Part shown: positions 28,799 through 38,972 of the stretch, in pieces
Position numbering within the stretch: position 1 is the stretch's first letter
How the letters are laid out: each line of letters starts with the position of its first letter
DNA from: an uncultured Bacteroidales bacterium
Lineage (GTDB): Bacteria; Bacteroidota; Bacteroidia; Bacteroidales; Bacteroidaceae
NCBI GenBank assembly: GCA_937906165.1
Contig: CALCYA010000096.1
Span: forward strand, 877-64,876
Length of the DNA stretch: 64,000 nucleotides
Direction: 5' to 3'
Program-made: the position numbers and the translations under genes
Notes under the pieces: generated by a model
The model's database searches: none
The model's input: the letters and a program-made list of their open reading frames with translations, nothing else
What the model was told of the DNA's origin: nothing

Positions 28799-29935
28799 TT
28801 AATTGCGTCTTATCCTTATCTGGATGGCATTCTGGATTGGTTTGTCGTTTACTATGACAAGGTATCCTCCACCGCCTGCGCCGGTAATCTTGTATCCCTT
28901 TACATTGCCTTTGTATTCGTCAATAGCCTTCTGTACATGGGGTGAAATCATGTTTGGGAACATTGCCACCTGTGCCTCGAATGATGTTGTGCAGGCCTTG
29001 CCCCAAGCATCTACATCCTGCGCGTTTATTGCTTTCCAACATTCGTCGGCTGCTTCGGCGAGCGCACGTGCATTCTCCTTGTTTATGTTTGTCTCGGCAA
29101 GCACGTCGTATCCGTTCTCGCGCGGTGCAAGGGGAATAAGCCAAAGGTTCTTCTCGATGAAGTCGAGTATTGCTGTCTCCTTTACGGTCTCAATGCTCTC
29201 GGGCCAATAGCCTCCGTCGTAGTTGAGTCTGTTGAGACCGGGCATGACAATTCCGATAGCATCCTGTGAACCGCTGATGTAGGGGCTTCCCGGTGGGTTC
29301 TCGTAACGGAATACCATCTTTGCAAGTGTCTCGCGGTCACCTTCAGGAATATCTACGTGCCACATTTCGATGGCAGCCTTGCGTGATGATGTGCTCATGC
29401 CGCCACGGTTGTTGAAATCGTAGTCGGGTTCAATGCTTATTGTGAGCACGGGACCGCCATGGTGCTTGCTCACATAAGGCTGGTCGAGCCAACCGCCTGC
29501 AAGGTCAATGCGGTAGGGTATGTTACACTCCTGACGGAGGGCTGTGGTAGAACGCGTGGGGAGTCCGGCCTCGGGTATACGTGTGCTGACAACGAGCTCA
29601 ATGCCGTTCTCTTCGCAGAAACGCTTTTTGCCTGGGGTGTAGCCGTCGCTGTTCACAAAGAAAATGTCCGGCTTCAGGCGCTTTACATCCTCTTCGAAGT
29701 CCATGATGCCGCTTCCGCTGTTGACGAACGCATCCTTTACATATCTGATGGCTTTTACCATATAAAGGCGCTCGCGCTCGGTGTTGATTGTCTTACGGTC
29801 CTTTAGTTCGCGGATAGTCGCGTCGGAACCGATACCTACATAAAGGTCGCCGTGTGAGGCCGCCTCCTTAAAGAATGCAACGTGTCCGGAGTGGAGCATA
29901 TCGTAGCAACCGGATACAAATACTTTCTTGCTCAT
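28799..29935 (-). CDS. Fusion protein: N-terminal cytidylyltransferase-like domain plus C-terminal GHMP-kinase-like domain (putative sugar kinase/nucleotidyltransferase)
   Basis: The N-terminus VFVSGCYDMLHSGHVAFF is the HxGH nucleotidyltransferase motif. The middle has RIDLAGGWLDQP (fucokinase/GHMP-like). The C-terminus has KITGAGGGGYLVIV. Confidence 0.65.
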   Translation of the reverse strand: MSKKVFVSGCYDMLHSGHVAFFKEAASHGDLYVGIGSDATIRELKDRKTINTERERLYMVKAIRYVKDAFVNSGSGIMDFEEDVKRLKPDIFFVNSDGYTPGKKRFCEENGIELVVSTRIPEAGLPTRSTTALRQECNIPYRIDLAGGWLDQPYVSKHHGGPVLTISIEPDYDFNNRGGMSTSSRKAAIEMWHVDIPEGDRETLAKMVFRYENPPGSPYISGSQDAIGIVMPGLNRLNYDGGYWPESIETVKETAILDFIEKNLWLIPLAPRENGYDVLAETNINKENARALAEAADECWKAINAQDVDAWGKACTTSFEAQVAMFPNMISPHVQKAIDEYKGNVKGYKITGAGGGGYLVIVNDKPIQNAIQIRIRRN

Positions 29936-30398
29936 TGCTGAATGTTTTAATTCTTGAAATTGAGATAAGCCATTTCAATGGCTTTGCTTGATATTCAGTG
30001 CAAAGATATGAAATTTACTTAAAATATACAATCATATCGGCTGTACAATCGGAAAAAGGAGATTCTTGTATATTGTAATGGAAATCCAAAGGAATGTCAG
30101 CGTGGTTGTATGTATAATATTATTTTTGAAAATCATCTTCTTTGCTTGTGCCGTAGCTTTTCTTGTGTGGTGTGTTTGCATGGCCTTGATTTTTTAATAT
30201 AAAACAATAATGCTTGTATAAAGTTTGCATTGCTTAATGTATGTCATTATCTTTCTTTTATGGCGTTCAGGCTATATTTAGGGCTTGAATTCAGTGCTGT
30301 GGCTCTGTTTTTATGCCTTGCACGTGAAAAAAAAACGGCTTTTTTGTTGATTTGGCGTAAAAAAAAAGGCAATTATGCCTTGTTATTCTAAATTTTGT

Positions 30399-30406
30399 TA
30401 TCTTTG
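30399..30406 (+). promoter_or_regulatory. Candidate Bacteroidetes -7 box (TAnnTTTG) for the histone-like gene
   Basis: TATCTTTG lies 31 nt upstream of the ATG at 30437. Confidence 0.3.
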
Positions 30407-30436
30407 TACATCATTAACCTTATAATTGAAATTGTT

Positions 30437-30610
30437 ATGAAAGAATTGATTGAGAAAATTCAGGAGACTTATGCTGCATTTGCAGCTGACGCAACAGCTC
30501 AGGCTGAGAAGGGTAACAAGGCTGCAGGTACACGCGCACGTAAGGCTTCTTTGGAGCTCGAGAAGGCTATGAAGGCTTTCCGTAAGGCTTCTCTCGAGGC
30601 TGCTAAGTAA
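30437..30610 (+). CDS. Histone H1-like (Hc1-type) small basic DNA-binding protein
   Basis: 57-aa Lys/Ala-rich ORF: MKELIEKIQETYAAFAADA...GNKAAGTRARKASLELEKAMKAFRKASLEAAK. Confidence 0.75.
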   Translation: MKELIEKIQETYAAFAADATAQAEKGNKAAGTRARKASLELEKAMKAFRKASLEAAK

Positions 30611-30636
30611 TAGCACCTGTATTGATGACGCATAAT

Positions 30637-30669
30637 AAAAGCTGCCATAGGTAGCTTTTATTTTTTTTA
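30637..30669 (+). terminator. Intrinsic terminator after the histone-like gene
   Basis: Stem aaaagctgcc / ggtagctttt, then attttttttat. Confidence 0.7.
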
Positions 30670-30869
30670 TCACCAGTGTCCCGTTAAATTTTTATCCAAG
30701 ATGTTTTTGAGAAAATGAGTTTGTAACTTGCTGATAATGAACAATGGTGTTCTTTTAGAGAATCGACATTTTCAGAAGTTTAATCTCAAATCCATTTCTT
30801 TTAAATATTGTCATAAACAGCTGATGCTCAAATACCTATAGAGATAACAGCGGATTTTAATAGGACACT

Positions 30870-31171
30870 GATGAGGCCGGGTATTCCTGGGAACAGATGC
30901 GGAACTCAATGCAGAGTAATCTTGATGATACGCGCTGCAATTTTTGGACAGGTTCGTATCAACAGTTAGAATTGCCATTGGGTATTTTGCTTATATCGGA
31001 TATCCGTGCTAATGGTACCGTGGATATGGATTTTCACAGATGGACTATTGCGACTATGTTTGGGACATAAGTCTCAAGCGTTCCTTCTTTAAGGACAATA
31101 GATTGACAGCAATCTTTGAATGGTACAATATATTTGACAATAAGAACAATTCTCAAGCAATCGTGAAATAA
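30870..31171 (+). pseudogene. Possible degraded 3' remnant of an outer-membrane beta-barrel / TonB-dependent-receptor-like gene
   Basis: Hand translation gives ..NFWTGSYQQLELPLGILLISDIRANGTVDMDFHRWTIATMFG, then a stop and a frame change. It continues WYRGYGFSQMDYCDYVWDISLKRSFFKDNRLTAIFEWYNIFDNKNNSQAIVK* (31013-31171). This is a beta-strand-like alternating pattern typical of OMP C-termini. No start codon or upstream body is present. Confidence 0.3.
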
Positions 31172-31289
31172 ATATCAAACGGCTTCTTGTTTTAGGGAAA
31201 AAGCATTAACTTTACAAAGTTTTACATACGTGCGCGTACGCGCGCTTTTCATTGTTGATGGGGAATTTAATGAATTTAAAACCATATTT

Positions 31290-34200
31290 ATGAAAAAACA
31301 TTTTGTATTGGCAGTTCTGGCAGCCTTTTCGTTATCAATGGGCTATGCACAGAATCTCAAGGGGTTTGCCTACGGTGATGTAGAAGCACCCCGTGGCTAC
31401 AGTTATGAGAAAGGGCAAAAGCCCGGTATCGCAGAGTGGGAGTCTCCCGGAGAGTTGGCTCTGAACAAGGAGCAGCCCAAGGCATGGTTCTTTACATTCG
31501 GCAGCGAGGAGTCGGCACGTAAGGTGTTGCCCGAGAACAGTGAGTATTATATGTCGCTCGACGGTACATGGAGCTTCAACTGGGTCGGTAACCCATGGGA
31601 GCGTCCGGTAGATTTCTTCAAGCCCGGCTTTGATGTGTCTAAGTGGGACAAGGTGCAGGTTCCTATGAACTGGAACGTGTACGGCTTGCAGGCGGATGGC
31701 TCGCAGAAGTACGGAACTCCTGTTTATACCAACCAGAAGGTTATTTTCCACCACCGGGTTGCGGTAGGCGACTGGAAGGGTGGTGTGATGCGTGAGCCTG
31801 CAAAGGAGTGGGCTACATACAAGAACCGCAACGAGGTGGGTTCTTACCGTCGCACATTCACAGTGCCTGCAGAGTGGGCAGGCCGTCAGGTATATATCAA
31901 CTTTGACGGTGTAGATTCTTTCTTCTACCTCTGGATAAACGGCAAGTACGTAGGTTTCTCAAAGAATTCACGTAACCTTGCTGCGTTCAATATCACAAAG
32001 TATCTTGTCGAGGGTGAGAATGTCGTGGCTGTCGAGGTTTACCGCAACAGTGACGGCTCATTCCTTGAGGCGCAGGATATGTTCCGTCTCCCCGGTATCT
32101 TCCGCACAGTGTCGTTGACATCGACCAATCCTGTCGAGCTACGCGATATCCGCGTGCGCACCGACCTTGACGCGCAGTACAAGGATGCTGTAGCAAATAT
32201 CGAGGTTGACGTGCGCAACCTCACTGCAAAGAAGGTGAAGAAGTATCAGGTCAAGGCTCAGCTCTACAAGAATGCTCTTTACAGCGACGAGAACGAGATT
32301 GTTGAGGGCGCTGCAATGACTATGCCTCTTGAGCAGTTGCTTGCAGGTGATACAGAGACTGTCAAACTTGATATGCCTGTGGCTGACCCTGCAAAGTGGA
32401 GCGCTGAGGTGCCTAACCGTTATACATTGGTTGTCTCTTTGCTTGACAAGAAAGGCAGGGTGCTCGAGACCGCATCAACATACATGGGATTCCGTGAGGT
32501 CGAGATCCGCGAGACTAAGGCTGAGGATGATGAGTTCGGTCTGGCAGGACGCTATTACTACCTGAACGGCAAACCCATCAAGATGAAGGGTGTCAACCGT
32601 CACGAGAACAATATCCATACAGGTCACTATGTCACACGCGAGCAGATGGAGAAGGAGGTATTCCTCATGCTCCAGGGAAATATCAACCACGTGCGTAACT
32701 CACACTATCCCGATGCTCCATACTGGTACTATCTATGTGACAAGTACGGTATCTATCTTGAGGATGAGGCCAACATTGAGAGCCATGAGTATTACTATGA
32801 CAAGGAGTCTCTTTCTCATGTTCCCGAGTTCCTTGACGCTCACATTGCACGCGTAATGGAGATGGCTCATGCTACAATCAACAGCCCTTCAGTCTGCATC
32901 TGGTCACTCGGTAACGAGGCCGGCCCGGGCGAGAACTTCGTTAAGGCTTATGATGTGCTCAAGGCATTCGATGCTTCACGTCCGGTTCAGTATGAGCGCA
33001 ACAACAGCATTGTGGATATGGGTTCTAACCAGTATCCTCCAATTGCGGCAACACGTAATGACGTCAAGGGACAGAACCCTTATGTGAAGTATCCTTTCCA
33101 CATTTCGGAGTATGCCCACTCTATGGGTAATGCCGGTGGTGGTCTTGCCGATTACTGGGAGGCTATCGAGAGCACCAACTTCTACATCGGCGGTGCTATA
33201 TGGGACTGGGCCGACCAGGCATTCCTGCACTACGATTCAATAGGTCAGTCAAAGTATTATGCATATGGTGGTGATTTCGGTGACCGTCCTACGGACTTCA
33301 CATTCTGTATGAACGGTGTTATGTTCCCCGACCTTACTCCAAAGCCCGAGTACTATGAGGTTAAGAAGGTCTATCAGAATGTAGGTGTAAAGATGCTTGA
33401 TAACGGCGAGGTCGAAATCTTCAACAAGCGTTACTTCAACTGTTTGTGCGACCTTGACATAAGATTCTCTCTCTGGGAGGATGGCAAGCGCATTGATTCT
33501 TACTTCATGCCCGGCATGAAGATTGCTCCACGTACAGCAAAGAATGTAAAACTGAAGTTCAACAAAGCAAATTTCGCTGCCAACAAGGAGTATTTTGTGA
33601 AGGTTGAGTTCCTTTTGAAGAAGGATATGCCTTGGGCAAAGAAAGGTTATGTGCAGATGGATGAGCAGTTGCCTTTGAAGGATGCTGTCAAGAGTGCATT
33701 CATTGCTGATGTCGCTAACAACGGCACAAAGGTAACAGTGGAAAATGACAAGGCTGCAGCGCAGACAATCCTTACGGGTGCTGACAACTCATTCAGAATT
33801 GTATTCGACAATAACAAGGGCTTGTTCTACAGTGTCGATTATGACGGAACAACAATCCTTGAGGGTGGCAAGTCTATGAAACTTAGTGCCTTCCGTGCGC
33901 CGGTTGACAACGATACATGGTTCTTCAAGCCTTGGTTCGCGATTGGTCTGCACAACTTGCAGGATAGCGTTCTCTCGTTCACAAGCAAGAAGAACAAGGA
34001 CGGCTCTGTTGTGCTGCAGTATATCGTACGCACACAGGCAAAGCACCAGGCAACCTGCAATCGCTTGCCTAACAGCAGTTTTGAGATTGTTGAGTCGGAG
34101 CATGAGATGGCACCCAATGCGTTCCACTTCATATCCAACAGAATATGGACTGTTTATCCCGACGGCTCGGTAGAGCTCAACAGTGTGATTGTGGGCTCCG

Positions 34201-35342
34201 AGGCAAGCCAGATTGTTGCACGTCTCGGTTTTGAAATGCAGTTGCCTTCTGAACTCTGCAACTATACATATTATGGCCGTGGTCCATGGAACAACTACAA
34301 TGACCGTTGCGACGGAGCGTATGTACAGCAGTTCAATAGCACTGTTGCTGACCAGTTCGTTCCGTTCCCCAAGCCACAGGATATGGCAAACCGCGAGGAT
34401 GTACGTTGGGCAGCGCTCACAAATGCACAGGGTAATGGTGTGATGTTCGTTTCTACTGAGGGCATGTGTACAAGCGCGCTTCCTTGGAATGCTGTCGAGA
34501 TGACCGAGGCGGGCCACCCGCACCAGTTGCCTGCTTCTTCAGGTACATGGCTAAATATTGATACCAAGGTTACCGGTCTCGGCGGTGCAAGCTGCGGTCA
34601 GGGTTTTGCTCTCGACCATCAGCTCGTAAAGGGCGGCGAGAATATCATGGGCTTTATCATGCGTCCTGTAAAGGCCGGTGACGACTATGTTGCAAAGGCT
34701 GATGTGAAGGCATCCGGTGCTACTCCTGTCCTTGTTTCACGCGACCTCCGCGGTATTGTCAAGATGTCTTGCAACAAGCCCGGTTCCGAGATATATTATA
34801 AGGTAAACAACAAGGGCAAGGCTATCAAGTATACAGGGCCTGTCGACCTCAACGCAGGCGGTAGCGTAACTGTTTGGGAGAAGTCAGCATCTGACCTCAA
34901 GGCTACATACAGCTATGAGAAGATTACTTCAGTACCTGTATTCGTGAAGGCCTCTTCAAGTTCGGAGCCGGGTAACGGTCCTGACAGGATGCTTGACGGT
35001 GACCCATCGACAATATGGCACTCTATGTACTCTGTGACAGTTGCAAACTATCCTCACTGGATTGAGTTTGATGCCAACGATGAGGTTGCAATAAAGGGCT
35101 TCAAGTATATGCCTCGTCAGGATGGCCCCAATGGTAATATCAAGGGTTACAAGCTTGAGGTGAGCGTTGACGGTGAGAACTGGTCATTGGTTGCCGAAGG
35201 TGAGTTCCAGAACAATGCCGACAAGAAGACTGTGCTGTTCAACAAGGCTGTCAAGGCACGTTATGTGCGCTTCACGGCTACAAGTTCACAGAATGGTCAG
35301 GACTTTGCGTCAGGTGCGGAGTTTGAGATTGTCAAGGAGTAA
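31290..35342 (+). CDS. GH2 beta-galactosidase (LacZ-like) with a C-terminal F5/8 type C (discoidin) domain
   Basis: Signal peptide MKKHFVLAVLAAFSLSMGYAQ. GH2 motifs are NHVRNSHYPDAPYWYYLCDKYGIYLEDEANIESH, SLGNEAG, ISEYAHSMGNAGGG and FRAPVDND. The C-terminus (MLDGDPSTIWHS...YVRF) is discoidin-like. Confidence 0.9.
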   Translation: MKKHFVLAVLAAFSLSMGYAQNLKGFAYGDVEAPRGYSYEKGQKPGIAEWESPGELALNKEQPKAWFFTFGSEESARKVLPENSEYYMSLDGTWSFNWVGNPWERPVDFFKPGFDVSKWDKVQVPMNWNVYGLQADGSQKYGTPVYTNQKVIFHHRVAVGDWKGGVMREPAKEWATYKNRNEVGSYRRTFTVPAEWAGRQVYINFDGVDSFFYLWINGKYVGFSKNSRNLAAFNITKYLVEGENVVAVEVYRNSDGSFLEAQDMFRLPGIFRTVSLTSTNPVELRDIRVRTDLDAQYKDAVANIEVDVRNLTAKKVKKYQVKAQLYKNALYSDENEIVEGAAMTMPLEQLLAGDTETVKLDMPVADPAKWSAEVPNRYTLVVSLLDKKGRVLETASTYMGFREVEIRETKAEDDEFGLAGRYYYLNGKPIKMKGVNRHENNIHTGHYVTREQMEKEVFLMLQGNINHVRNSHYPDAPYWYYLCDKYGIYLEDEANIESHEYYYDKESLSHVPEFLDAHIARVMEMAHATINSPSVCIWSLGNEAGPGENFVKAYDVLKAFDASRPVQYERNNSIVDMGSNQYPPIAATRNDVKGQNPYVKYPFHISEYAHSMGNAGGGLADYWEAIESTNFYIGGAIWDWADQAFLHYDSIGQSKYYAYGGDFGDRPTDFTFCMNGVMFPDLTPKPEYYEVKKVYQNVGVKMLDNGEVEIFNKRYFNCLCDLDIRFSLWEDGKRIDSYFMPGMKIAPRTAKNVKLKFNKANFAANKEYFVKVEFLLKKDMPWAKKGYVQMDEQLPLKDAVKSAFIADVANNGTKVTVENDKAAAQTILTGADNSFRIVFDNNKGLFYSVDYDGTTILEGGKSMKLSAFRAPVDNDTWFFKPWFAIGLHNLQDSVLSFTSKKNKDGSVVLQYIVRTQAKHQATCNRLPNSSFEIVESEHEMAPNAFHFISNRIWTVYPDGSVELNSVIVGSEASQIVARLGFEMQLPSELCNYTYYGRGPWNNYNDRCDGAYVQQFNSTVADQFVPFPKPQDMANREDVRWAALTNAQGNGVMFVSTEGMCTSALPWNAVEMTEAGHPHQLPASSGTWLNIDTKVTGLGGASCGQGFALDHQLVKGGENIMGFIMRPVKAGDDYVAKADVKASGATPVLVSRDLRGIVKMSCNKPGSEIYYKVNNKGKAIKYTGPVDLNAGGSVTVWEKSASDLKATYSYEKITSVPVFVKASSSSEPGNGPDRMLDGDPSTIWHSMYSVTVANYPHWIEFDANDEVAIKGFKYMPRQDGPNGNIKGYKLEVSVDGENWSLVAEGEFQNNADKKTVLFNKAVKARYVRFTATSSQNGQDFASGAEFEIVKE

Positions 35343-35349
35343 TCGATTC

Positions 35350-35390
35350 GTGCATTCCGGCTGTGGCCGGAATGCACTTGCTTTATATTT
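35350..35390 (+). terminator. Intrinsic terminator after the GH2 gene
   Basis: 12-bp stem gtgcattccggc / gccggaatgcac, then a T-rich tract. Confidence 0.7.
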
Positions 35391-35460
35391 TTCGTGTGAA
35401 CAGTTATCTTGTTATCCCCGCTTTAACGGGTGGTTTTTGGTCAATTAAATTATAATTGCA

Positions 35461-37044
35461 ATGAGAAAAAATACAGTTGTCTTAATGCTGATTGCAGCAT
35501 TTGCTCTGTTTTTTGTTTCTTGTGAGAATTCAAACAAAAAACAGTACGAAGTGATACCGGACGGCGCAGCAGCGCTTGTAAAGGCTAATTTGGGAAATGT
35601 CGTCAATGAGTCGGAAATCCTGGAGGTTTCTATGGTAAGGACTGCTCTTGATTTTTTGGTTAACACAATGCCGAAGGAGTCACGTGATATGTTCAGGGAA
35701 ATCATTACGGATCCTACCAAATCGGGTATCGATGTGAATGAACCGATGGTGATGTCTGTCGCTGCCCATCCCGTAGAGGTTGTAGTGTCAATGGCAATGT
35801 CGGACAAGAACCGTTTTGTCGAGGTCTTTGAGGCTGTTGCTGACGGTACAGGTGTGGAACTTGTAGAAGAGAATGGAATAACAAAAGTTGATTTGGGTTA
35901 TGCCGGAAATGATGAACTTGATGTTGCTTTTGACTCAGAAGTCCTGGTTATGGTATTCAGCGAGAGCGGTAGTGCCGATGCAGAATATTATATGACTCTT
36001 GACAAGGGCAGACAGGCTGTGAATAACGATAAGTATACCGGGTTCTTTGCTTCTCTCAGCGACGCTTCGGCTTTCCTTGATTTTACATCAATTATGGATG
36101 CTGCATCGAATAGGAGATACATGAGTGAGAATGAGAAGGCCCTTATGGAGATGTATGCTTCTTACGACCTTTCTTTTCTCATGGATTTGGACTTCGAGGA
36201 CGGATATTCAGAGGTCGCTACCAAGGTTTTCGCTTCGGATGAATATATCAAGAGAATTGAAGCGTGTTGGATGAAACCTGACGGCAGGTTCCTTGGATTT
36301 GTACCTTATGATGCTGTCGGAACACTTAATATCGCAACCGACTTCGGAAAGGCTTGCGAAGCGTATCCGGAGTATATGCAGGAACTGCTTCCGATGATAC
36401 AGGAACTTGGCTTTACCGAGGAAATGCTCAAGTCTTTTGCCGGTGATATTATGTTTGCAGTTCTGCAACCTGAAAAATTAGGTTCTCAGGAGTTGCCGCA
36501 GATGATGTTTGCTGTAGAGTGTAAAGGACGCGATGCCTTTGATGCTTTTATTGCATTGTTGGCCGACGAGGATTTGAGCCTGGTAGACAACGATGTTTAT
36601 GCACTTGGTTTGAACAGGTACTATGATCGTAGTTCCGGTGAATTTGTGTCTGGAGGGTATGACTATTATCTGATGTATAAGGATGATGCAATCTTTGTAC
36701 TTCCCGAGAATATCTATAGCGAGGTTGTCGTGGATGGCGAATTGAAGGCACTTGACAGGAATATAACTGACAATGATTGCTTTGCTGCACTCGAAAAGTC
36801 CGGCTTTGTGGGTGATTTCAAAGCCATTGTCTCCTTGTATAAGGATATGGTAACCAGAATTTCACCGGATGATAAAATGGCTCTGAATGTTCTGGGCATT
36901 TTTGAGAATGTAGAGTTCGTAATGGAGAATGCGACAGAAACCAACTTCAGAATCAACATGGTTGACAAGGATACGAATTTCCTCAAGCAGATTGTTGATG
37001 AGGTAATGGCTATTGCCTCATCTGTGGCAATGGGCGGTTTCTGA
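35461..37044 (+). CDS. Lipoprotein, DUF4836-like
   Basis: Lipobox LFFVSC at the end of the signal peptide, within a 527-aa acidic protein. The family assignment is from memory of Bacteroidetes DUF4836 proteins and is unverified. Confidence 0.55.
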   Translation: MRKNTVVLMLIAAFALFFVSCENSNKKQYEVIPDGAAALVKANLGNVVNESEILEVSMVRTALDFLVNTMPKESRDMFREIITDPTKSGIDVNEPMVMSVAAHPVEVVVSMAMSDKNRFVEVFEAVADGTGVELVEENGITKVDLGYAGNDELDVAFDSEVLVMVFSESGSADAEYYMTLDKGRQAVNNDKYTGFFASLSDASAFLDFTSIMDAASNRRYMSENEKALMEMYASYDLSFLMDLDFEDGYSEVATKVFASDEYIKRIEACWMKPDGRFLGFVPYDAVGTLNIATDFGKACEAYPEYMQELLPMIQELGFTEEMLKSFAGDIMFAVLQPEKLGSQELPQMMFAVECKGRDAFDAFIALLADEDLSLVDNDVYALGLNRYYDRSSGEFVSGGYDYYLMYKDDAIFVLPENIYSEVVVDGELKALDRNITDNDCFAALEKSGFVGDFKAIVSLYKDMVTRISPDDKMALNVLGIFENVEFVMENATETNFRINMVDKDTNFLKQIVDEVMAIASSVAMGGF

Positions 37045-37059
37045 TAATGTGGACATGTA

Positions 37060-37719
37060 ATGATTGAGCGGATTAAATTCAATAATGTAAACCTCAAGGC
37101 TTTTGCCGATGTATCTGATGCCGGTGCATCGTCAGAAGTCTGGGGTTCTGTCGTTGAATTCCTGAAAGGTAAATCATATCTTGTAGAGGCTGGGTCCGGC
37201 CGTGGAAAAAGTTCTTTCTGTACCTTCCTGTATGCTCTAAGGAGTGATTATACGGGACAAATAACAGTAGTTGACAGTGACCGTGGTGAGTTGCCGTTAC
37301 AGGAGTGTGATGCAGTGTCTTTGCGCCGCACTTCCCTCTCGATCATGTTCCAAGACCTCAGACTTTTCCCGGAACTATCTTCGGTAGACAACGTGTTGTT
37401 GAACAACCAGCTGACCGGTTACACCAATGAGGATGAGGTCCGTTCAATGCTGACACGTTTGGGGCTCGGAGAGAAACTTGACACTCCTTGCGGACAACTC
37501 TCGTTCGGTCAGCAACAGAGAGTCGCGTTTGTACGCTCATTATGCCAACCGTTTGATTTTATATTGCTTGATGAGCCTATAAGCCATCTTGATGGGCACA
37601 ATGCTGCTATTATGGCAGAGATGTTACGCGAACGTCAGCAGAAGGATGGTGTGGGAGTCATAGTTACTTCAATAGGGTATAGGTTACCTTATGAGTATGA
37701 TTATGTATATAACTTGTAG
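37060..37719 (+). CDS. ABC transporter ATP-binding protein with an atypical H-loop
   Basis: Walker A GSGRGKSS, Q-loop MFQD, signature LSFGQQQRV, Walker B ILLDEP. Where the H-loop His is expected the sequence reads VIVTSIG, with no His. Confidence 0.85.
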   Translation: MIERIKFNNVNLKAFADVSDAGASSEVWGSVVEFLKGKSYLVEAGSGRGKSSFCTFLYALRSDYTGQITVVDSDRGELPLQECDAVSLRRTSLSIMFQDLRLFPELSSVDNVLLNNQLTGYTNEDEVRSMLTRLGLGEKLDTPCGQLSFGQQQRVAFVRSLCQPFDFILLDEPISHLDGHNAAIMAEMLRERQQKDGVGVIVTSIGYRLPYEYDYVYNL

Positions 37720-37725
37720 CAAGGA

Positions 37726-38949
37726 ATGAGATTGTTGTTCAGACTCTTGAAGCAGAATGTCAGCGTATGGCAGATAGTCGGGTTCATTGTCGTGAATCTG
37801 ATAGGAGGTGTCATTGTTCTTGCCGGTACACAGGCTTTGGCCGATTTCAACTCTTTTGCCGGTGGCGAAGATGAACTCATGTCAAAAGGCTGTGTGGTAA
37901 TTACGAAGCCTGTAAAGACAACAAATACTATCGGGAACCTTATGGGATTGCGTCCCTCATTCTCAAAGAAAGAGATTGAGGAACTTGAGGACCTTGCATC
38001 GGTCTCTGCTGTAGGGGAGTTCAATACACTGATGTTCGAGGTGAAGGCTGCGTTTGCAATCGGTGATGCAAGGATAAGGACTGATATATTCCTTGATGCT
38101 GTACCCGATGAGTTTGTCATGAAGGATTTTACTCCTGTGGGTGAATCATCGGTAGAGTGGAGTGCAACACCTGACTGTGACACCATTCCCTTGATTATAC
38201 CTCGTAATTATATGAATCTGTATAATTACGGTTTTGCGGCTTCAAAGGGATTGCCGCAACTCAGTGATGAACTGGTTGAGGTTTTCCCCATCAAGCTTAT
38301 ATTCCAGCCGGGTGACAGGAATATCGTTTACAATGCCAAGGTATGCGGCTTTTCGAATAAGCTGAATACTATTCTTGTTCCATGGGATTTTCTGCAACAG
38401 ATGAACAGGAAATATGCTCCTGATGAACGTAACGCACCGGCCCGCCTTGTCCTTACTACTGATGCGAGTGAATTTGAGCAGTCAATATTTGATTATATCG
38501 CCGAAAAGGAGTATCTTGTCGAGGGTGATGCTTCGCACGTGCGTCTGCAATCGTTTGTATACACTCTCTTGTGGGTTGTCATAGGAATAGGCTTTGTCTT
38601 CTCGTTCCTTGCTTTCCTGCTGTTGGTCGTGAGCGTGCTGTTGCTCATTGAGAAGAACAAGGAAAAGATTGCCAACCTCTTTTGTTTGGGATACAGCATC
38701 GGCGAAATTGCAAGGTGCTATCAGCTTCTGGCACTCTCTGTCGATGTGCTTGTGTGGATTGTTGCGGCAATTGCTGCATCAATGATATATCCGTTGTTCT
38801 CGGATTTTATGGTGAATGTATCTCCTGGCTTCGTTCCGGTATCCTTGTTTGGGATGTGGGGCGTGGCATTTGGTCTGGCATTTCTGTTTGCGGCATTGCA
38901 TTCGGTTGCCGTGACAGGTCAGATTAGGAGAATTTGCCGAAGTAAATGA
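37726..38949 (+). CDS. FtsX/MacB/LolE-type ABC permease
   Basis: An N-terminal TM is followed by a ~230-aa extracytoplasmic loop and three C-terminal TMs. This is the type VII ABC topology. Confidence 0.75.
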   Translation: MRLLFRLLKQNVSVWQIVGFIVVNLIGGVIVLAGTQALADFNSFAGGEDELMSKGCVVITKPVKTTNTIGNLMGLRPSFSKKEIEELEDLASVSAVGEFNTLMFEVKAAFAIGDARIRTDIFLDAVPDEFVMKDFTPVGESSVEWSATPDCDTIPLIIPRNYMNLYNYGFAASKGLPQLSDELVEVFPIKLIFQPGDRNIVYNAKVCGFSNKLNTILVPWDFLQQMNRKYAPDERNAPARLVLTTDASEFEQSIFDYIAEKEYLVEGDASHVRLQSFVYTLLWVVIGIGFVFSFLAFLLLVVSVLLLIEKNKEKIANLFCLGYSIGEIARCYQLLALSVDVLVWIVAAIAASMIYPLFSDFMVNVSPGFVPVSLFGMWGVAFGLAFLFAALHSVAVTGQIRRICRSK

Positions 38950-38972
38950 ATAAACTATAAATCTATACGATA

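Noticed and set aside
30078-30197. A 39-aa hydrophobic small ORF (MEIQRNVSVVVCIILFLKIIFFACAVAFLVWCVCMALIF) in the spacer upstream of the histone-like gene.
   Set aside because: The intergenic DNA is T-rich and readily yields Phe/Leu/Ile/Val-rich frames by chance. No promoter or conservation evidence is available from the sequence alone. It would need ribosome profiling or homologues to be believed.
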